The notes under the pieces are model-generated. The model was not told the origin of the DNA and ran no database searches. It saw nothing but the letters and a program-made list of their open reading frames with translations. From Spirochaetales bacterium (lineage in GTDB: Bacteria > Spirochaetota > Spirochaetia > Sphaerochaetales > Sphaerochaetaceae), in NCBI GenBank assembly GCA_012514185.1, contig JAAZAT010000303.1, positions 96-64,095 of the forward strand: a stretch of 64,000 bases of DNA, in the 5' to 3' direction. This document shows positions 49,899 through 60,918 of the stretch, piece by piece. The translations under genes were made by a program, and so were the position numbers. Within the stretch, counting starts at the first letter, position 1. Every line of letters starts with the position of its first letter.

Positions 49899-50821
49899 AA
49901 GAGCAGGCGCACCTTGCCTCCACAAATCATGCCGAGCTTTGAGGCTTCTGTGTTGGACAGGTCGTAGGATCGTACCAGATTCATGGTCGTCTCTTTGGCA
50001 TCCTCGATCGCCTTTGCTTCGACGGCTCCGCCTCCAACGGTTCCCTCAACCGTCCCATCCTCGAACACTGCCATTTGAAAGCCGACATCGCAGGGAGCAG
50101 ATCCCTGCTTTTCAATGACCCGTACCAGGCAGAATTTCTGTCGGGTACGGGCAAGGTGTTCAAGCAGGTTCCTGTCCAGCTGCACCACATGCTTCTCTTT
50201 GCGCGCCGTTTGGATGATTTGCGCCAGAATGGAGAGGGCGATCTCAGCTGCAGTTACTGCGTTGATCTCCAGGCCGATCGGGGCATGGACACTCTCAAGC
50301 TGTGCTTGGGAGAAGCCCAGATTTCTCAGATTTTCGAAGGTAGCCGCCACTTTCGTTTTGCTGCCGATCATGCCGATATAGCGATGGTTGAGCCCCAAAA
50401 TTTTCTGGAGGCAGAGCTGGTCATAACCGTGCCCGCGTGTAGCGATGACAAAGTATGGCCGAATCCATCCATGCTCGCCTTCCAATGCCTGATCAAAGGG
50501 AGCACACACACAATGAGCAGAAGGAAACCGTGTATTGTTGCAATACTGCTCTCTCTCATCAATGACGGTTATCCGGTATCCCAGGCGGGAGGCAAAAGCC
50601 ACCAGCTCAAGGGCGACATGACCCCCTCCACAGACAACCAACTCCACATCGGTCTGCAGCCGTTCCTCCAGAACCTCTCCGCTGATGCCATCGCAGCCGC
50701 CCCAAAGCAGCTCAGCATTGCTGTAGAGTGCTTCCTTACCGATATTGGGACCGTTTATCACGGTCCTTCGAATGACATCCCCCTGTTTCAGGGCGTTGAG
50801 GAGCAAGTTGTAGTATTTCAT
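49886..50821 (-). CDS. XdhC-family Moco-insertion chaperone (Rossmann domain first, CoxI-like domain last)
   Basis: GGGHV, TRGH, YIGMIGS, APIGL, EIALSI, GTVGGG, MICGG. Confidence 0.88.
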   Translation of the reverse strand: MKYYNLLLNALKQGDVIRRTVINGPNIGKEALYSNAELLWGGCDGISGEVLEERLQTDVELVVCGGGHVALELVAFASRLGYRITVIDEREQYCNNTRFPSAHCVCAPFDQALEGEHGWIRPYFVIATRGHGYDQLCLQKILGLNHRYIGMIGSKTKVAATFENLRNLGFSQAQLESVHAPIGLEINAVTAAEIALSILAQIIQTARKEKHVVQLDRNLLEHLARTRQKFCLVRVIEKQGSAPCDVGFQMAVFEDGTVEGTVGGGAVEAKAIEDAKETTMNLVRSYDLSNTEASKLGMICGGKVRLLFQLW

Positions 50822-51945
50822 CGGCGAAGCAACTCCTTCATGGCTTGGATGGTATAATCGATCTCTTCATATGTGGTAGCATACCCGCAACTGAAGCGAA
50901 TCGTTCCTGTTTGAAGCGTCCCCAGGCTTTTATGGGCAAGCGGTGAACAGTGCAAACCGCAGCGGGTTTGGATGCCGTACTCTGCATCGAGGCGGTAGGA
51001 AAGCTCGGCGAGGTCAAACCCCTCTACGGTGATGCTGACCATGCTGGTTCGCTCTTGTATGGTGTCGGGTCCGATGACGCCTATGCGGCTGTCACTCTGA
51101 AAGTAGGAGAGCAGTCGATTGCAGCTGGTTCCGTCCTGGTTTCCTCTCTTTCCCAGGCTTGCCAACGCAGCACCCAGACCAATGATGCCCACAATATTCT
51201 GGGTGCCGGGTTCAAGCCTGTCAGGCAGCAGTTCGGGCATCGAAAAGCTCTCGCTCCTGCTTCCTGTACCTCCTCCGACCGAAGGCTTGATTCTCTGGGC
51301 AAGATGGGAAGAGAGGATCAAGCCGCCGACTCCCTGAGGTCCTGCAAGAGCCTTGTGGCCGGTAAAGGCAATGGCATCAATGACTCCTTCCTCGAGCTTG
51401 CATGAGACGGTTGGGGTGCCTTGGGCCGTGTCGATGCAGGTCCAAAGGCCGTACTGATGGGCTATAGCCCCAGCTTCGCGAATCGGTTGGATGGTGCCTG
51501 CCACATTGGATGCGCTGGTAAGGATGAGTGCCTTGGTTCGGGGTTTGACCAGGGAAGGCATTGTTTCCACGATGATTCGGCCTTGCTTGTCGCAGGGGAT
51601 CACCGAATAAGGGATGCGGTGCAGTTGAAGGGCGCGCATCACTGCATTATGCTCTACACCGCTTACCAATACATGGTCGTCCTTGGTGAGCAAGCCTGTA
51701 ATCAGGGTGTTGAGGGCGGTGGTGACATTGAGCGAGAACACCACGTTGCGGCTTTCCCTGCATCCAAACAGGGAACCCAGTGTATTTCGACAATCCATGA
51801 CCTGCTCCATCGCCAGGACGGCATGCTCGTAGCTGCCCCTTCCAGGATTAGAAGCATTTCCTGCGAGATAGGAGCTCATGGCTTCAATTACACCCGGGGC
51901 TTTGGGAAAGGATGTCGATGCATTATCCAAATAGATTCGCCGCAT
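50818..51945 (-). CDS. Class V aminotransferase: cysteine desulfurase / selenocysteine lyase-like
   Basis: [29 protein letters not shown]. Confidence 0.9.
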   Translation of the reverse strand: MRRIYLDNASTSFPKAPGVIEAMSSYLAGNASNPGRGSYEHAVLAMEQVMDCRNTLGSLFGCRESRNVVFSLNVTTALNTLITGLLTKDDHVLVSGVEHNAVMRALQLHRIPYSVIPCDKQGRIIVETMPSLVKPRTKALILTSASNVAGTIQPIREAGAIAHQYGLWTCIDTAQGTPTVSCKLEEGVIDAIAFTGHKALAGPQGVGGLILSSHLAQRIKPSVGGGTGSRSESFSMPELLPDRLEPGTQNIVGIIGLGAALASLGKRGNQDGTSCNRLLSYFQSDSRIGVIGPDTIQERTSMVSITVEGFDLAELSYRLDAEYGIQTRCGLHCSPLAHKSLGTLQTGTIRFSCGYATTYEEIDYTIQAMKELLRR

Positions 51946-52004
51946 GGGATGAGTTTAGCGCAAGGAGGCAAAATAATCCATTGAAGATTTAAAAATATAA
52001 TGAA

Positions 52005-53807
52005 CTAAGCCCGGTTGAGAAACCCATCAAGTGCTTCCAGTACTGCACCTCCGATGGCATAGGCTTTCTCACTGACCGTGGTATGGTCGGCTTCATCACC
52101 CCTGGGATCGATATCCGCAACCTTGAAGTGCTTGGTGACAGGCAACCCTGAATTGAGCAGGCCCCTGAGCTTGCCGTCGATGGGAGCAAGAATCGGCTCA
52201 CCGTCAACCGTTGCGATCACTTCTCCGGCATGCACCAACGCTCCGATGGTGTACTCGGATTTGAAGATTCCATCCTTGGGGGAGTGAAGCACCCGCTCTT
52301 TGCCGAATCCGTTTACAAGGCCGGGGATGCCGGTGTTGGGGATTGCGCTTCCCTCCCTGAGGATGCGCCCAAGGCTGTGTCCCCGCTTGGTTTCGATGAC
52401 CAGGTCGCAATCAACTCCAGCCTCAAAACCGGGACCAAGGGCTATGACCAGGGGAGCATCGTCGATATGGGTACCCAGATTTCGTTTGGCCATGATGGCA
52501 TCGACCAGACACACGGGAGCGACCTCGTCAAGGCACTCCATGGTCGGGTCTGCAAGGACGGGGACGATGTCCTCTTCGAGCAATTTGAACGCTTCTTTCA
52601 CGTTTGCACACCTCTGGGCTGTGATTCCTTCAACCTCTACCGTTCCTCCATACATGGCCTGGGCGAGGCTGACGGTGGTGCGGATGACCGAGGGCTGCTC
52701 GGTTTCCAGGACAATGGCACGGTAGCCGCTCCGATGGAGCCTGAGAATGACTCCTGTCGCCAGATCACCGCCGCCTCGCACCAACACCACCTTGCGTCCC
52801 ATGTTTCTCAAACTGGTTCCGGTTGCATGGTTCATTACCTTCATGATCTCGGCGAGAGCCGAGACAGCTATCTCTTGGGGTGTCTCACTTCCCAGGTCAA
52901 GGCCGATGGGGCAGTAGAGCTTTTGGGCGGCCTGGGGCCGGCTGTGCAAGGAGGAGGCGAGCTTCTTGGCCTTATGCCTTGATCCGAGGACCCCCAGATA
53001 AGCGATATCCCGGTCCAGAAGCAACTTGGCAGACTCCTCGTCGAAGGCGTGGCTGGCGATGACGCAGAGCGTGCGGGTAGTGATGGTTGCCTCAGCAAGG
53101 GCTTGTTTCACCGTCTCTGCGACGATGCGCTTCCTTGCAAACGGAAATAGGACTTCGGTTGCAAACTCTGTCCGGGTTTCCAAGATCTGGACGGGCAGGC
53201 CCACCGCATGAGAGAGGTGTGCAATCGCCTGATTGACGTGTCCTCCCCCGATGAGCAGCAGGTTGTGCGCCTTGACCGGGAGACTCATATGACAGATCCA
53301 GTTGTTGGTTTCAATGAAACGGGGCTCACCGTTCTCCAGGACTTGATGTGCCTGTTCAAGGAATTTCGGATGCACGTCACCGATGGTGGCCCCTCCCTCG
53401 CACAGTCCCATCAGGGCAAGTGACGGCTGGAGTTGCACGCCCATTACATGCTGCAATTGATTGGCTTCCCAAGATCTGAATTGGATGAACGCCTTCTGCA
53501 TGCTTTCGGTATTGCAAGTCAACAGCAACAGGTGCACCTTCCCCGCATCACTGATTTCTCCCTGCCTGACAGTGAACGAAAGATGGCGGGATTGCTCCTG
53601 CGAGGACAGTAGGTCCAAGGCTTGGTGTTGTGCATAGGCCTCGGTTTCCCCGCCGCCGATCGTGCCGGTGATGATTCCCTCTTGGTCGACCACCATGGCA
53701 CCTTGGCTCCGGCTTGTCGATCCTTCGCTCTTCAGGATGATGACAAACACAAATGCTTGCTTGTGTTCACTCAGATTTGATGCTTGCTGCAGTACCGTGG
53801 TATTCAT
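52005..53807 (-). CDS. yqeB: XdhC-YqeB fusion, selenium-dependent molybdenum hydroxylase system protein
   Basis: N-terminal XdhC (GTIGGG, GGGHV, PIGLDLG); YqeB part VRGGGDLATG, DAIMAKRNLGT, GPGF, ETKRGH, DIDPRG. Confidence 0.9.
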   Translation of the reverse strand: MNTTVLQQASNLSEHKQAFVFVIILKSEGSTSRSQGAMVVDQEGIITGTIGGGETEAYAQHQALDLLSSQEQSRHLSFTVRQGEISDAGKVHLLLLTCNTESMQKAFIQFRSWEANQLQHVMGVQLQPSLALMGLCEGGATIGDVHPKFLEQAHQVLENGEPRFIETNNWICHMSLPVKAHNLLLIGGGHVNQAIAHLSHAVGLPVQILETRTEFATEVLFPFARKRIVAETVKQALAEATITTRTLCVIASHAFDEESAKLLLDRDIAYLGVLGSRHKAKKLASSLHSRPQAAQKLYCPIGLDLGSETPQEIAVSALAEIMKVMNHATGTSLRNMGRKVVLVRGGGDLATGVILRLHRSGYRAIVLETEQPSVIRTTVSLAQAMYGGTVEVEGITAQRCANVKEAFKLLEEDIVPVLADPTMECLDEVAPVCLVDAIMAKRNLGTHIDDAPLVIALGPGFEAGVDCDLVIETKRGHSLGRILREGSAIPNTGIPGLVNGFGKERVLHSPKDGIFKSEYTIGALVHAGEVIATVDGEPILAPIDGKLRGLLNSGLPVTKHFKVADIDPRGDEADHTTVSEKAYAIGGAVLEALDGFLNRA

Positions 53808-54508
53808 GGTTCCTTCCTAAAGCGTAGTATATTGGTTTGCAAAGAACCAAAATAGATGGGAATTGCATCCAAAGATTGTGCGAGTCTGTTCATCGTCTCA
53901 CTTCCGGTGTTCTCAGCTTGGTTGCAAAGCACCAGGGTTTTTCCGACTGCTCCCTTGAGCACCCCGTTTTGATGGTGCAACAAATACAGATATGCTTCAT
54001 CGTCGGCCACCCGCTGCAATTCCTGGTTCCAGCCGAAGCAACAGCTGCCGAGTTCCTGCCCCCATCCGGACATGCCCATGACAGCAAGCGTTGAGGTGGT
54101 GAAGTCCGGGACAACGGGATCGCGGCTGCTGTGGAGTTTCAAGGGTTTGCGGCGGGCTCCGTCGGCTTCGAGCAGCAGGACATCATACAAATCAGTCAGT
54201 GCCTTCAAATGGGAGAGCGGTGGGGCGATTGCCTTATCCTTGTGTTCATATGCATAGAAAACACGTTCACCCTGCTTCGGTGCATGACTGAGTACACGTT
54301 CGTCGCTGAAGCAGGCATCGCAGCCATAGTCGCGATGTCGGAAAGACTCCAGCTTTGTGGTGGTGGAAACCAAAACGCGTTTGCCGAGCTTGGCGTAGGA
54401 GAGGGCGAGCGCTGTCAAGGCGGTGGTTTTACCCCCGCTACCGGTGATGCTGATGCATCCGCAGTCGTCATGTATGAAAGCGCACAGCGCATCAAGAAGC
54501 GTAGCCAT
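53804..54508 (-). CDS. yqeC: Selenium cofactor biosynthesis protein YqeC
   Basis: GSGGKTT, STTTK, EADGARRKPLK; ATGA overlap with yqeB. Confidence 0.85.
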   Translation of the reverse strand: MATLLDALCAFIHDDCGCISITGSGGKTTALTALALSYAKLGKRVLVSTTTKLESFRHRDYGCDACFSDERVLSHAPKQGERVFYAYEHKDKAIAPPLSHLKALTDLYDVLLLEADGARRKPLKLHSSRDPVVPDFTTSTLAVMGMSGWGQELGSCCFGWNQELQRVADDEAYLYLLHHQNGVLKGAVGKTLVLCNQAENTGSETMNRLAQSLDAIPIYFGSLQTNILRFRKEP

Positions 54509-54601
54509 GGCAAAAACTGTATCATTGTCGATTCTTTGTTGCAAGGAAAACGGATTTCTTTCACCACTGGTTGGAATCTGGAAAGCTTGTAAGCTTATGG
54601 C

Positions 54602-55225
54602 ATGGAAACACAACAACGACAGGTTGTCGGAGTCGATATCGTAGGTAACCGATTCTCGCTCTGCATCCTGGATGAGGATGGCAAGCATCCCCGCTATTAT
54701 TCAGGAAGGGTCGACACCCCCCTTGGGCAGGCGCACTTTTTCAACAAGGTGGGAGCAATGAAACTGGTGATACCTTCATCGGATCTTGCCATATTGGCTT
54801 TGAAACTGTTGGACAACTCTCAGGTGGTGATTAAGGACGAGCAGGAGCATTATGCGGTGTGGGCTGCTGCCGGGATTGAACGAGGCCGGAGGATGGCACG
54901 CTTTGCAGCCCTGCAGCTCTACCGAGGAAGCGACTCCTCCATTTCTATCACACAGAAGCAGGAAGAACAGCTTATGCTGTTGCAGGATGCCGAGCTCGCT
55001 TCGCTTCTTTCAGTGGTCGAAACCAGCCAGCAGATTGCACAGGATGTGCTGCAGGGGAGAGCCGATGGTAAAACGTACACCAAGGCGTTGGGAAATGAGG
55101 TGAAAAGCCGTCAGGATCCTGTCATCGGTACAGCCAGGGAAAAGGAGAGGGGAGTTTCACCGTTTGCTGACGATGACACCAGCTTTCTTGCAAGCGCGTA
55201 CCGAAATCTTGAAGATCTGCAATGA
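54602..55225 (+). CDS. Hypothetical protein resembling a degenerate IS110 DEDD domain
   Basis: VVGVDxxxxxxxLCILDEDG N-terminus and spacing of later segments; catalytic acids mostly lost. Confidence 0.5.
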   Translation: METQQRQVVGVDIVGNRFSLCILDEDGKHPRYYSGRVDTPLGQAHFFNKVGAMKLVIPSSDLAILALKLLDNSQVVIKDEQEHYAVWAAAGIERGRRMARFAALQLYRGSDSSISITQKQEEQLMLLQDAELASLLSVVETSQQIAQDVLQGRADGKTYTKALGNEVKSRQDPVIGTAREKERGVSPFADDDTSFLASAYRNLEDLQ

Positions 55226-55226
55226 G

Positions 55227-55901
55227 TCAGCTTTCCTTGTAGGTGTATCCAATGCCCCACACGGTCTTGATCCTGCTGCCGTATGCCCCGAGTTTTCTTC
55301 TAATGGTTGCAACCTGGACATCGATGGACCGGTCGGTGACGGGGTAGTCGCTTCCCTTGATCCGGGTGATCATCTGGTTGCGGGTGAATACCTGTTCAGC
55401 ATTGCTGGCCAACAAATAGAGCAGGGAGAACTCTGTTGCAGTAAGTTCAATCTCTTGGTTGTCCACCAGGCACAGGTGGCGGCCTTGATCCATGACCAGG
55501 CCTGCATGATGCACCACTTGGGGACTTTGGACCTGCTCCGAGCGCCTGAGAACAGCCCGGATTTTGCTGGTGAGCACATTCATGCTGAATGGTTTTGTCA
55601 GGTAGTCATCGGCTCCCAATTCCAAGGCGGTGATGATGTCGCTCTCATCTCCCTTTGCCGAGACCACAATAATCGGTGTTGTGTCGTTCAAGCCAAATCG
55701 AAGCGTCTTGATGAGCGTGAGCCCATCCATGACCGGCATCATGATGTCGAGGATGATCAAATCGACGCTTTGTGATGAGAGAACTTCCAAAGCTTGTTTG
55801 CCGTGTTCCGCCTGGAGTACGGTATAACCGTTGCTGGCCAAGGTATAACGTTCCAATTCTCGAATGTCGATATCGTCTTCAACTACCAGAATCGTATTCA
55901 T
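55227..55901 (-). CDS. OmpR/PhoB-family response regulator (probable PhoB)
   Basis: VEDD, LDIMMP, GADDYLTKPF, LTATEF, RSIDV, IKTVWGIGY. Confidence 0.92.
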   Translation of the reverse strand: MNTILVVEDDIDIRELERYTLASNGYTVLQAEHGKQALEVLSSQSVDLIILDIMMPVMDGLTLIKTLRFGLNDTTPIIVVSAKGDESDIITALELGADDYLTKPFSMNVLTSKIRAVLRRSEQVQSPQVVHHAGLVMDQGRHLCLVDNQEIELTATEFSLLYLLASNAEQVFTRNQMITRIKGSDYPVTDRSIDVQVATIRRKLGAYGSRIKTVWGIGYTYKES

Positions 55902-55978
55902 ATGCAAACCGTAGTACACAATCCTTTATGAAAGCAAGCGTGGATGTTGTTTTTCACAGATTATTCATACCTTATGAT

Positions 55979-56002
55979 TCAGGACGCCCGAAGGCGTCCT
56001 GA
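55979..56002 (-). terminator. Hairpin after ackA
   Basis: TCAGGACGCC-CGAA-GGCGTCCTGA (UUCG loop on the minus strand); no strong U tract. Confidence 0.65.
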
Positions 56003-56016
56003 TCTGATGAGGTAGT

Positions 56017-57354
56017 TCAGCGCGGGATGGCCAGGATGGCGGCCAACTCGGGATTTTTCTCAATGTTCTTTTTCAAATCCTGTTCACGACCCTTGTTCAC
56101 ATAGTTCTTGTCTTCAAAGGTGTAGTGGAAGTTGGTGTGCACATCGTAGGTTCCGTTCATCAATGCATACGCATCTTCGGTCATGACCAGCTCTTCATCG
56201 GTGGGGATGACCAGAATCTTGACCGGAGAGTCATCGGTGCTGATTACAAACTCACCGTTTCTGCTGAAACAGATCTCATTCTTGTGTTCATCAAGCTTGG
56301 CTCCGATGGCTTCGAGTCCTTTGCAGGATCCAAGGCGGATGTGGCGGGCCATTTCCCCGACGCCGGCGGTGAATACGATGGCATCGAGTTTGCCGTCAAG
56401 CAGGGTGGCATAGCCGCCAATGTATTTCTTCAGCCTTCTGCACTCCATGTCGATGGCCAGTTTTGCCCGAAGGTCGCCTTCCTGGCTGGCCTTCAACACA
56501 TCGCGTCGGTCGCTCTTGCCGCACAAGCCGATCAAGCCGCTCTTCTTGTTGAGGGCGGTATCCATCTCCTTGGCGCTCATGCCGGTGTTGTCCATCATAT
56601 AGGGAATGATGGCCGGATCGATGTCGCCGCTGCGCGATCCCATCACCAGGCCCTCAAGCGGGGTGAGTCCCATGGAGGTATCGACACAGACGCCGTTCTT
56701 CACAGCACAAATTGATGCGCCGTTGCCGATGTGGCAGATGATGACATTGGTATCCTTGTTCTCCTTGCCCAACACAACTGCGGCACGCTTTGCACAATAG
56801 AGATGGCTGGTTCCATGGAAGCCGTAGCGGCGAACATTGTACTTGGTGTACCACTCGTACGGAACCGCATACATGAAGGCTTCATCGGGCATGGTCTGGT
56901 GCCAGGCGGTGTCGAGGACGATGGCCTGGGGAACATCGGGCATGGCCTTGCGGGCTGCCTCGATACCCATGATATTGGCAGGCATGTGCAGCGGGCCGAG
57001 GGGGACGACCTTCTTCAACTGCTCGATGACCTCATCGGTTACCAGTGCGGACTGCTTGAAAACTTCGCCTCCATGCAGGACCCTGTGACCGACAGCACCG
57101 ATCTCCTTGAGGTCCTTGATGACGCCATACTCATCATCCAGCAGCATGCGGATGATCAATTCGATGGCTTCCTTGTGGGTGGGGGAAGAAAATTCTGCGT
57201 GGTACTCTTCCTTGCCGTTGGCTTTATGCTCAATGGTGGAATACTCCAGTCCGATTCGCTCCACGACTCCTACTGCAAGAATATCCTTGTTAGCCCAGTC
57301 GTAGACTTGGTACTTGGCAGATGAGCTGCCACAATTCAGGGTCAGAATTACCAT
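56017..57354 (-). CDS. ackA: Acetate kinase
   Basis: [52 protein letters not shown]. Confidence 0.97.
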   Translation of the reverse strand: MVILTLNCGSSSAKYQVYDWANKDILAVGVVERIGLEYSTIEHKANGKEEYHAEFSSPTHKEAIELIIRMLLDDEYGVIKDLKEIGAVGHRVLHGGEVFKQSALVTDEVIEQLKKVVPLGPLHMPANIMGIEAARKAMPDVPQAIVLDTAWHQTMPDEAFMYAVPYEWYTKYNVRRYGFHGTSHLYCAKRAAVVLGKENKDTNVIICHIGNGASICAVKNGVCVDTSMGLTPLEGLVMGSRSGDIDPAIIPYMMDNTGMSAKEMDTALNKKSGLIGLCGKSDRRDVLKASQEGDLRAKLAIDMECRRLKKYIGGYATLLDGKLDAIVFTAGVGEMARHIRLGSCKGLEAIGAKLDEHKNEICFSRNGEFVISTDDSPVKILVIPTDEELVMTEDAYALMNGTYDVHTNFHYTFEDKNYVNKGREQDLKKNIEKNPELAAILAIPR

Positions 57355-57482
57355 GAAAGACTCCTATTGTTCATATGGTTTACCGATAATTTGGAATGTT
57401 GATTGGTTCCAAGTCATTAAATCACTATTACGCAGAATAATCAACCTGAAGCAAAACAGGAAGTACTAGTTCTTTTTGTGTC

Positions 57483-58547
57483 ATGAAGGTAGCTCTGCTG
57501 TGTCTGTTGCTTTCGCCCCTGGCCGCTCTTCTGGGGCAAGAGAATCTCAATCTGACGATCCATCCTGAAACAGGATATTACAAAGGCAGGTATACGTATG
57601 CACAACAGGCGCTTCACCTTGACGTTGAATCCATCATCGATCTCAAGAGGCTGAAGATCCAGGCGAAGGTGAACAAGCTCTCTTTTTCATCTTTTTCCTA
57701 CACCGACAGCCGATACCTTGGCCTGTACACCTTTCTACCGGCACAGTCGTGGCGAAGCATTTCCTTTCAGCAACCGACCTACGCTGTTTCCCTGATGAGC
57801 AGGGCGGGGGAGCAGACCGCAATCGAGGTCCGAGCAGGCTCTTTTTCAACATTGTATCAGCTCGCTTTGCAGGATGTACACACCGAGGATTTGGCCTTGG
57901 TGTGGGATGATCACCTCATTGGGCGAAACCTGATCGTGCGATACCGCTCTGATGCAGAGCGTGCCTTTTGGAGCGTAGAGGGCCTATGGGGTGAGTTCCG
58001 TAGTCTTGCAATCTCCACTACGGCAGGCATCAGGCTGGGGTCCATCACGTTTCAGAGCAGCAGCAACAGCCCTGCTTTTGTGCGGAACCTGGAGGTCGGG
58101 GTAGATGTCCTGAAGCAGCGCTTCAGCCTGCATTTTGGCTGCAGTTCCACCCTTGGCCGCCCTCCCATCCATGGCGGACAGTCTCAGACGATGCAGACTG
58201 TACTTCATACACGCTTTGCGTATAAGGGGCTGTCAGGAGAGTACACACAAGAATTTCTGGTTGATGCACTGAGTGAAAAGAGCCGAAAGATTGAGTTGGA
58301 GCTGCTGTATTCAGGTCCGAAGCTGCAAGCCGGCATGGTCTTCTCTTCCGATTCTCATCCCAGGCTGCTGGTGGACAGCACGATGGCAAGGCTGTCCTTC
58401 CAGCCTTCAAGCATCTCTGCAATGTTTGTCTTCCAGCGAAGATCCGGCTCGGTCTCGCTTCGCTTCCACCCGAAAAAAGGCCTGACGATCACCTATTCAC
58501 TGAATATCACCACCGACCAACATAATGAATCTCCTCCTCGAGCATGA
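57483..58547 (+). CDS. Secreted beta-strand-rich hypothetical protein
   Basis: Signal-peptide-like N-terminus; alternating aromatic/hydrophobic strands; fills the gap between ackA and murB. Confidence 0.6.
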   Translation: MKVALLCLLLSPLAALLGQENLNLTIHPETGYYKGRYTYAQQALHLDVESIIDLKRLKIQAKVNKLSFSSFSYTDSRYLGLYTFLPAQSWRSISFQQPTYAVSLMSRAGEQTAIEVRAGSFSTLYQLALQDVHTEDLALVWDDHLIGRNLIVRYRSDAERAFWSVEGLWGEFRSLAISTTAGIRLGSITFQSSSNSPAFVRNLEVGVDVLKQRFSLHFGCSSTLGRPPIHGGQSQTMQTVLHTRFAYKGLSGEYTQEFLVDALSEKSRKIELELLYSGPKLQAGMVFSSDSHPRLLVDSTMARLSFQPSSISAMFVFQRRSGSVSLRFHPKKGLTITYSLNITTDQHNESPPRA

Positions 58548-59424
58548 CGTGAGTCTTCTCAAACACGTGCTGCCTGACATGCTCGATGAGTGCTTTCACC
58601 TCGCTGCTTGTGGCATGTTTGTTGGGATTGATGATGAAATTGGCATGACGCAGCGATACTTTCGCCCCCCCTATGGAGTAGCCTTTCAAGCCGCACTCAT
58701 CGATCAGCCGTCCTGCATGCAGGGCTTCGGGATTCTTGAAAATACATCCTATGCTGGGGTGGTCGTACTGGCCGTTCTGTTTTCGCTTTGCTTTCACCTC
58801 ATCCTTGCGCTTGCGGGCTTCACTTGTCTGGGTGATCGGGGTAAGCCTGAAACCGGCTTCATAGATGATAAGGTCCTGTCGGTTGGAGAACGGGGTGTTG
58901 CGGTATGAGAAATCGTCGCGGTGAATCTGTTTGCGATGCAGCTTTCCATCCAGTGTCATGTAATCGACATAGTACAGCAGATCGGAAATATGCATGCCAT
59001 GTGCCCCGCTGTTGCCGGCTATGGCGCCTCCCACCGTCCCTGGAAGTCCTCCGAGCAGCTCCAGACCGCCCAATCCATCCTCGAGGGCGTAGTCAATCGC
59101 ACGGTCGAGCAAAAGGCCGCTGCGGACACAGAACATCTCCCCTTGCACATGTCTGCGCGTGAGGTGGGAGGTGAAGATCGTCAGCCCTTCGATGCCGTCG
59201 TCGCTTATCAGGCAGTTGGTGGCGCTGCCGAGAATGGTGATCGGAAGTTCGTGCGTTTTTGCATAGTCGAGGAGGATGCGCAACTCATCGAAATCAGAAG
59301 GGTATGAGGCCAAGTCGGCCTTGCCGCCGGTGTGGATGCCGCTGTGCCCTGCAAGTTCAACCTGCTCGATGAGCAGGTGGTCAAGGTTGATTTTTTCATC
59401 GCTATTGCGTACATTGGTATGCAT
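58507..59424 (-). CDS. murB: UDP-N-acetylenolpyruvoylglucosamine reductase
   Basis: [41 protein letters not shown]. Confidence 0.93.
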   Translation of the reverse strand: MHTNVRNSDEKINLDHLLIEQVELAGHSGIHTGGKADLASYPSDFDELRILLDYAKTHELPITILGSATNCLISDDGIEGLTIFTSHLTRRHVQGEMFCVRSGLLLDRAIDYALEDGLGGLELLGGLPGTVGGAIAGNSGAHGMHISDLLYYVDYMTLDGKLHRKQIHRDDFSYRNTPFSNRQDLIIYEAGFRLTPITQTSEARKRKDEVKAKRKQNGQYDHPSIGCIFKNPEALHAGRLIDECGLKGYSIGGAKVSLRHANFIINPNKHATSSEVKALIEHVRQHVFEKTHVMLEEEIHYVGRW

Positions 59425-59475
59425 GGAGTCATCTTACCCCCTTTTTTTGGGGTGGGCAACCTAAAGGAGCTCTGC

Positions 59476-60891
59476 ATGTCTGTCCTTCTCTACAATACGA
59501 TGAGCCGGCAGTTGGAACCATTTCTGCCTATCAAGGAGTCTGAAGTAGGACTCTATACCTGTGGCCCGACTGTATACAACTATGCACATATTGGAAATTT
59601 GCGAACATTTTTGTTTGAAGACCTTTTAAAGCGTACCCTCCTCATTTCGGGTTACAAGGTGAATCATGTGATGAACATCACCGATGTCGGTCACTTGACC
59701 GGTGATGGGGACGACGGTGAGGACAAGCTTGAAAAGATGGCAAGCAAGACCAACCGGACGGTATGGGAAATCGCATCCTACTACACCGAGGCGTTTTACA
59801 AGGATTATGATGAGTTGAATATGATCCGGCCGACTATTGTCTGCAAAGCCACCGATCATGTTGAGCAGATGATTGCGTTGATCAAGCGGCTTGAAGAGCG
59901 CGGGCATACCTATATCAGCGGGGGAAATGTCTACTTCAGCATCGACTCCATAGATGACTACGGAAAGCTTGCCCGCCTTGACCTGGAGGCCTTGAGGACT
60001 GCCGTACGTGATGATGTCGAGGTGGATGGGAACAAGAAGAACAGCAAGGACTTCGTTCTTTGGTTCACCAAGAGCAAGCATGGAGAGCAGGCGATGATGT
60101 GGCCCTCTCCGTGGGGAAGGGGCTTTCCTGGTTGGCACATCGAATGCTCTGCAATGAGCATGCACTATTTGGGTGAGTCATTCGACATTCATTGCGGCGG
60201 TATCGATGCCATTCCGGTGCACCACACCAATGAAATCGCGCAAAGCGAGGCGGCCACCGGCAAGCAATGGGTCAAATACTGGCTGCATGGTGAGTTCTTG
60301 CTTGACGAGACCGGCAAAATGAGCAAGAGCAAAGGTGAATTCCTCACCTTGAGCCTGCTCAAGAGCAAGGGCTATGATCCGATGGATTACCGGTATTTCT
60401 GCCTGGGCGGGCACTATCGCAGCCAGCTGAAGTTCAGCTTTGAGTCGTTGACAACCGCTCGCACGGCCCGCCGCAACGTATATGACCGAATCCAGAATCT
60501 TTTGAATCAGGGTGCAAAAAAGATTGCGTTGCAACGCAGTGAGGCCTTGGCCTGCCAATCGGCATTTCTTGAGCATATCCAAAATGATCTGAATACTCCC
60601 CGCTCCCTGGCCGACCTATGGGGCGTGCTGAAGGATGAAGTTCTCTCAATCGATGAAAAATACACACTCTGCCTGTACTTCGACCAAGTGTTTGGCTTGA
60701 GGTTCGACACCATCACCAAAGCTGAGGAGCAAACTTTTCCACCTGAAGCTGTAGAGCTGCTGCAACAGCGCATTGAGGCGAAGAAGGTGAAGAACTGGGC
60801 TCTCGCGGATTCTCTGCGTTCAGAATTGGATGCAATGGGCTATGTTGTCAAAGATACACCTTCGGGAAGCTCTTTGGAAAAAAAGATGTAA
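59476..60891 (+). CDS. cysS: Cysteine--tRNA ligase
   Basis: [30 protein letters not shown]; ATG at 59476 after AAGGAG. Confidence 0.97.
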   Translation: MSVLLYNTMSRQLEPFLPIKESEVGLYTCGPTVYNYAHIGNLRTFLFEDLLKRTLLISGYKVNHVMNITDVGHLTGDGDDGEDKLEKMASKTNRTVWEIASYYTEAFYKDYDELNMIRPTIVCKATDHVEQMIALIKRLEERGHTYISGGNVYFSIDSIDDYGKLARLDLEALRTAVRDDVEVDGNKKNSKDFVLWFTKSKHGEQAMMWPSPWGRGFPGWHIECSAMSMHYLGESFDIHCGGIDAIPVHHTNEIAQSEAATGKQWVKYWLHGEFLLDETGKMSKSKGEFLTLSLLKSKGYDPMDYRYFCLGGHYRSQLKFSFESLTTARTARRNVYDRIQNLLNQGAKKIALQRSEALACQSAFLEHIQNDLNTPRSLADLWGVLKDEVLSIDEKYTLCLYFDQVFGLRFDTITKAEEQTFPPEAVELLQQRIEAKKVKNWALADSLRSELDAMGYVVKDTPSGSSLEKKM

Positions 60892-60918
60892 CTTGGTTAC
60901 TGGTGAGTTGTTAAGGTT

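Noticed and set aside
49886-54508. Selenocysteine (UGA) recoding in the Se/Mo cluster
   Set aside because: ORFs are complete without in-frame TGA; the diverged CGG site of the YqeB fusion reads AGT GAT GCG in frame.
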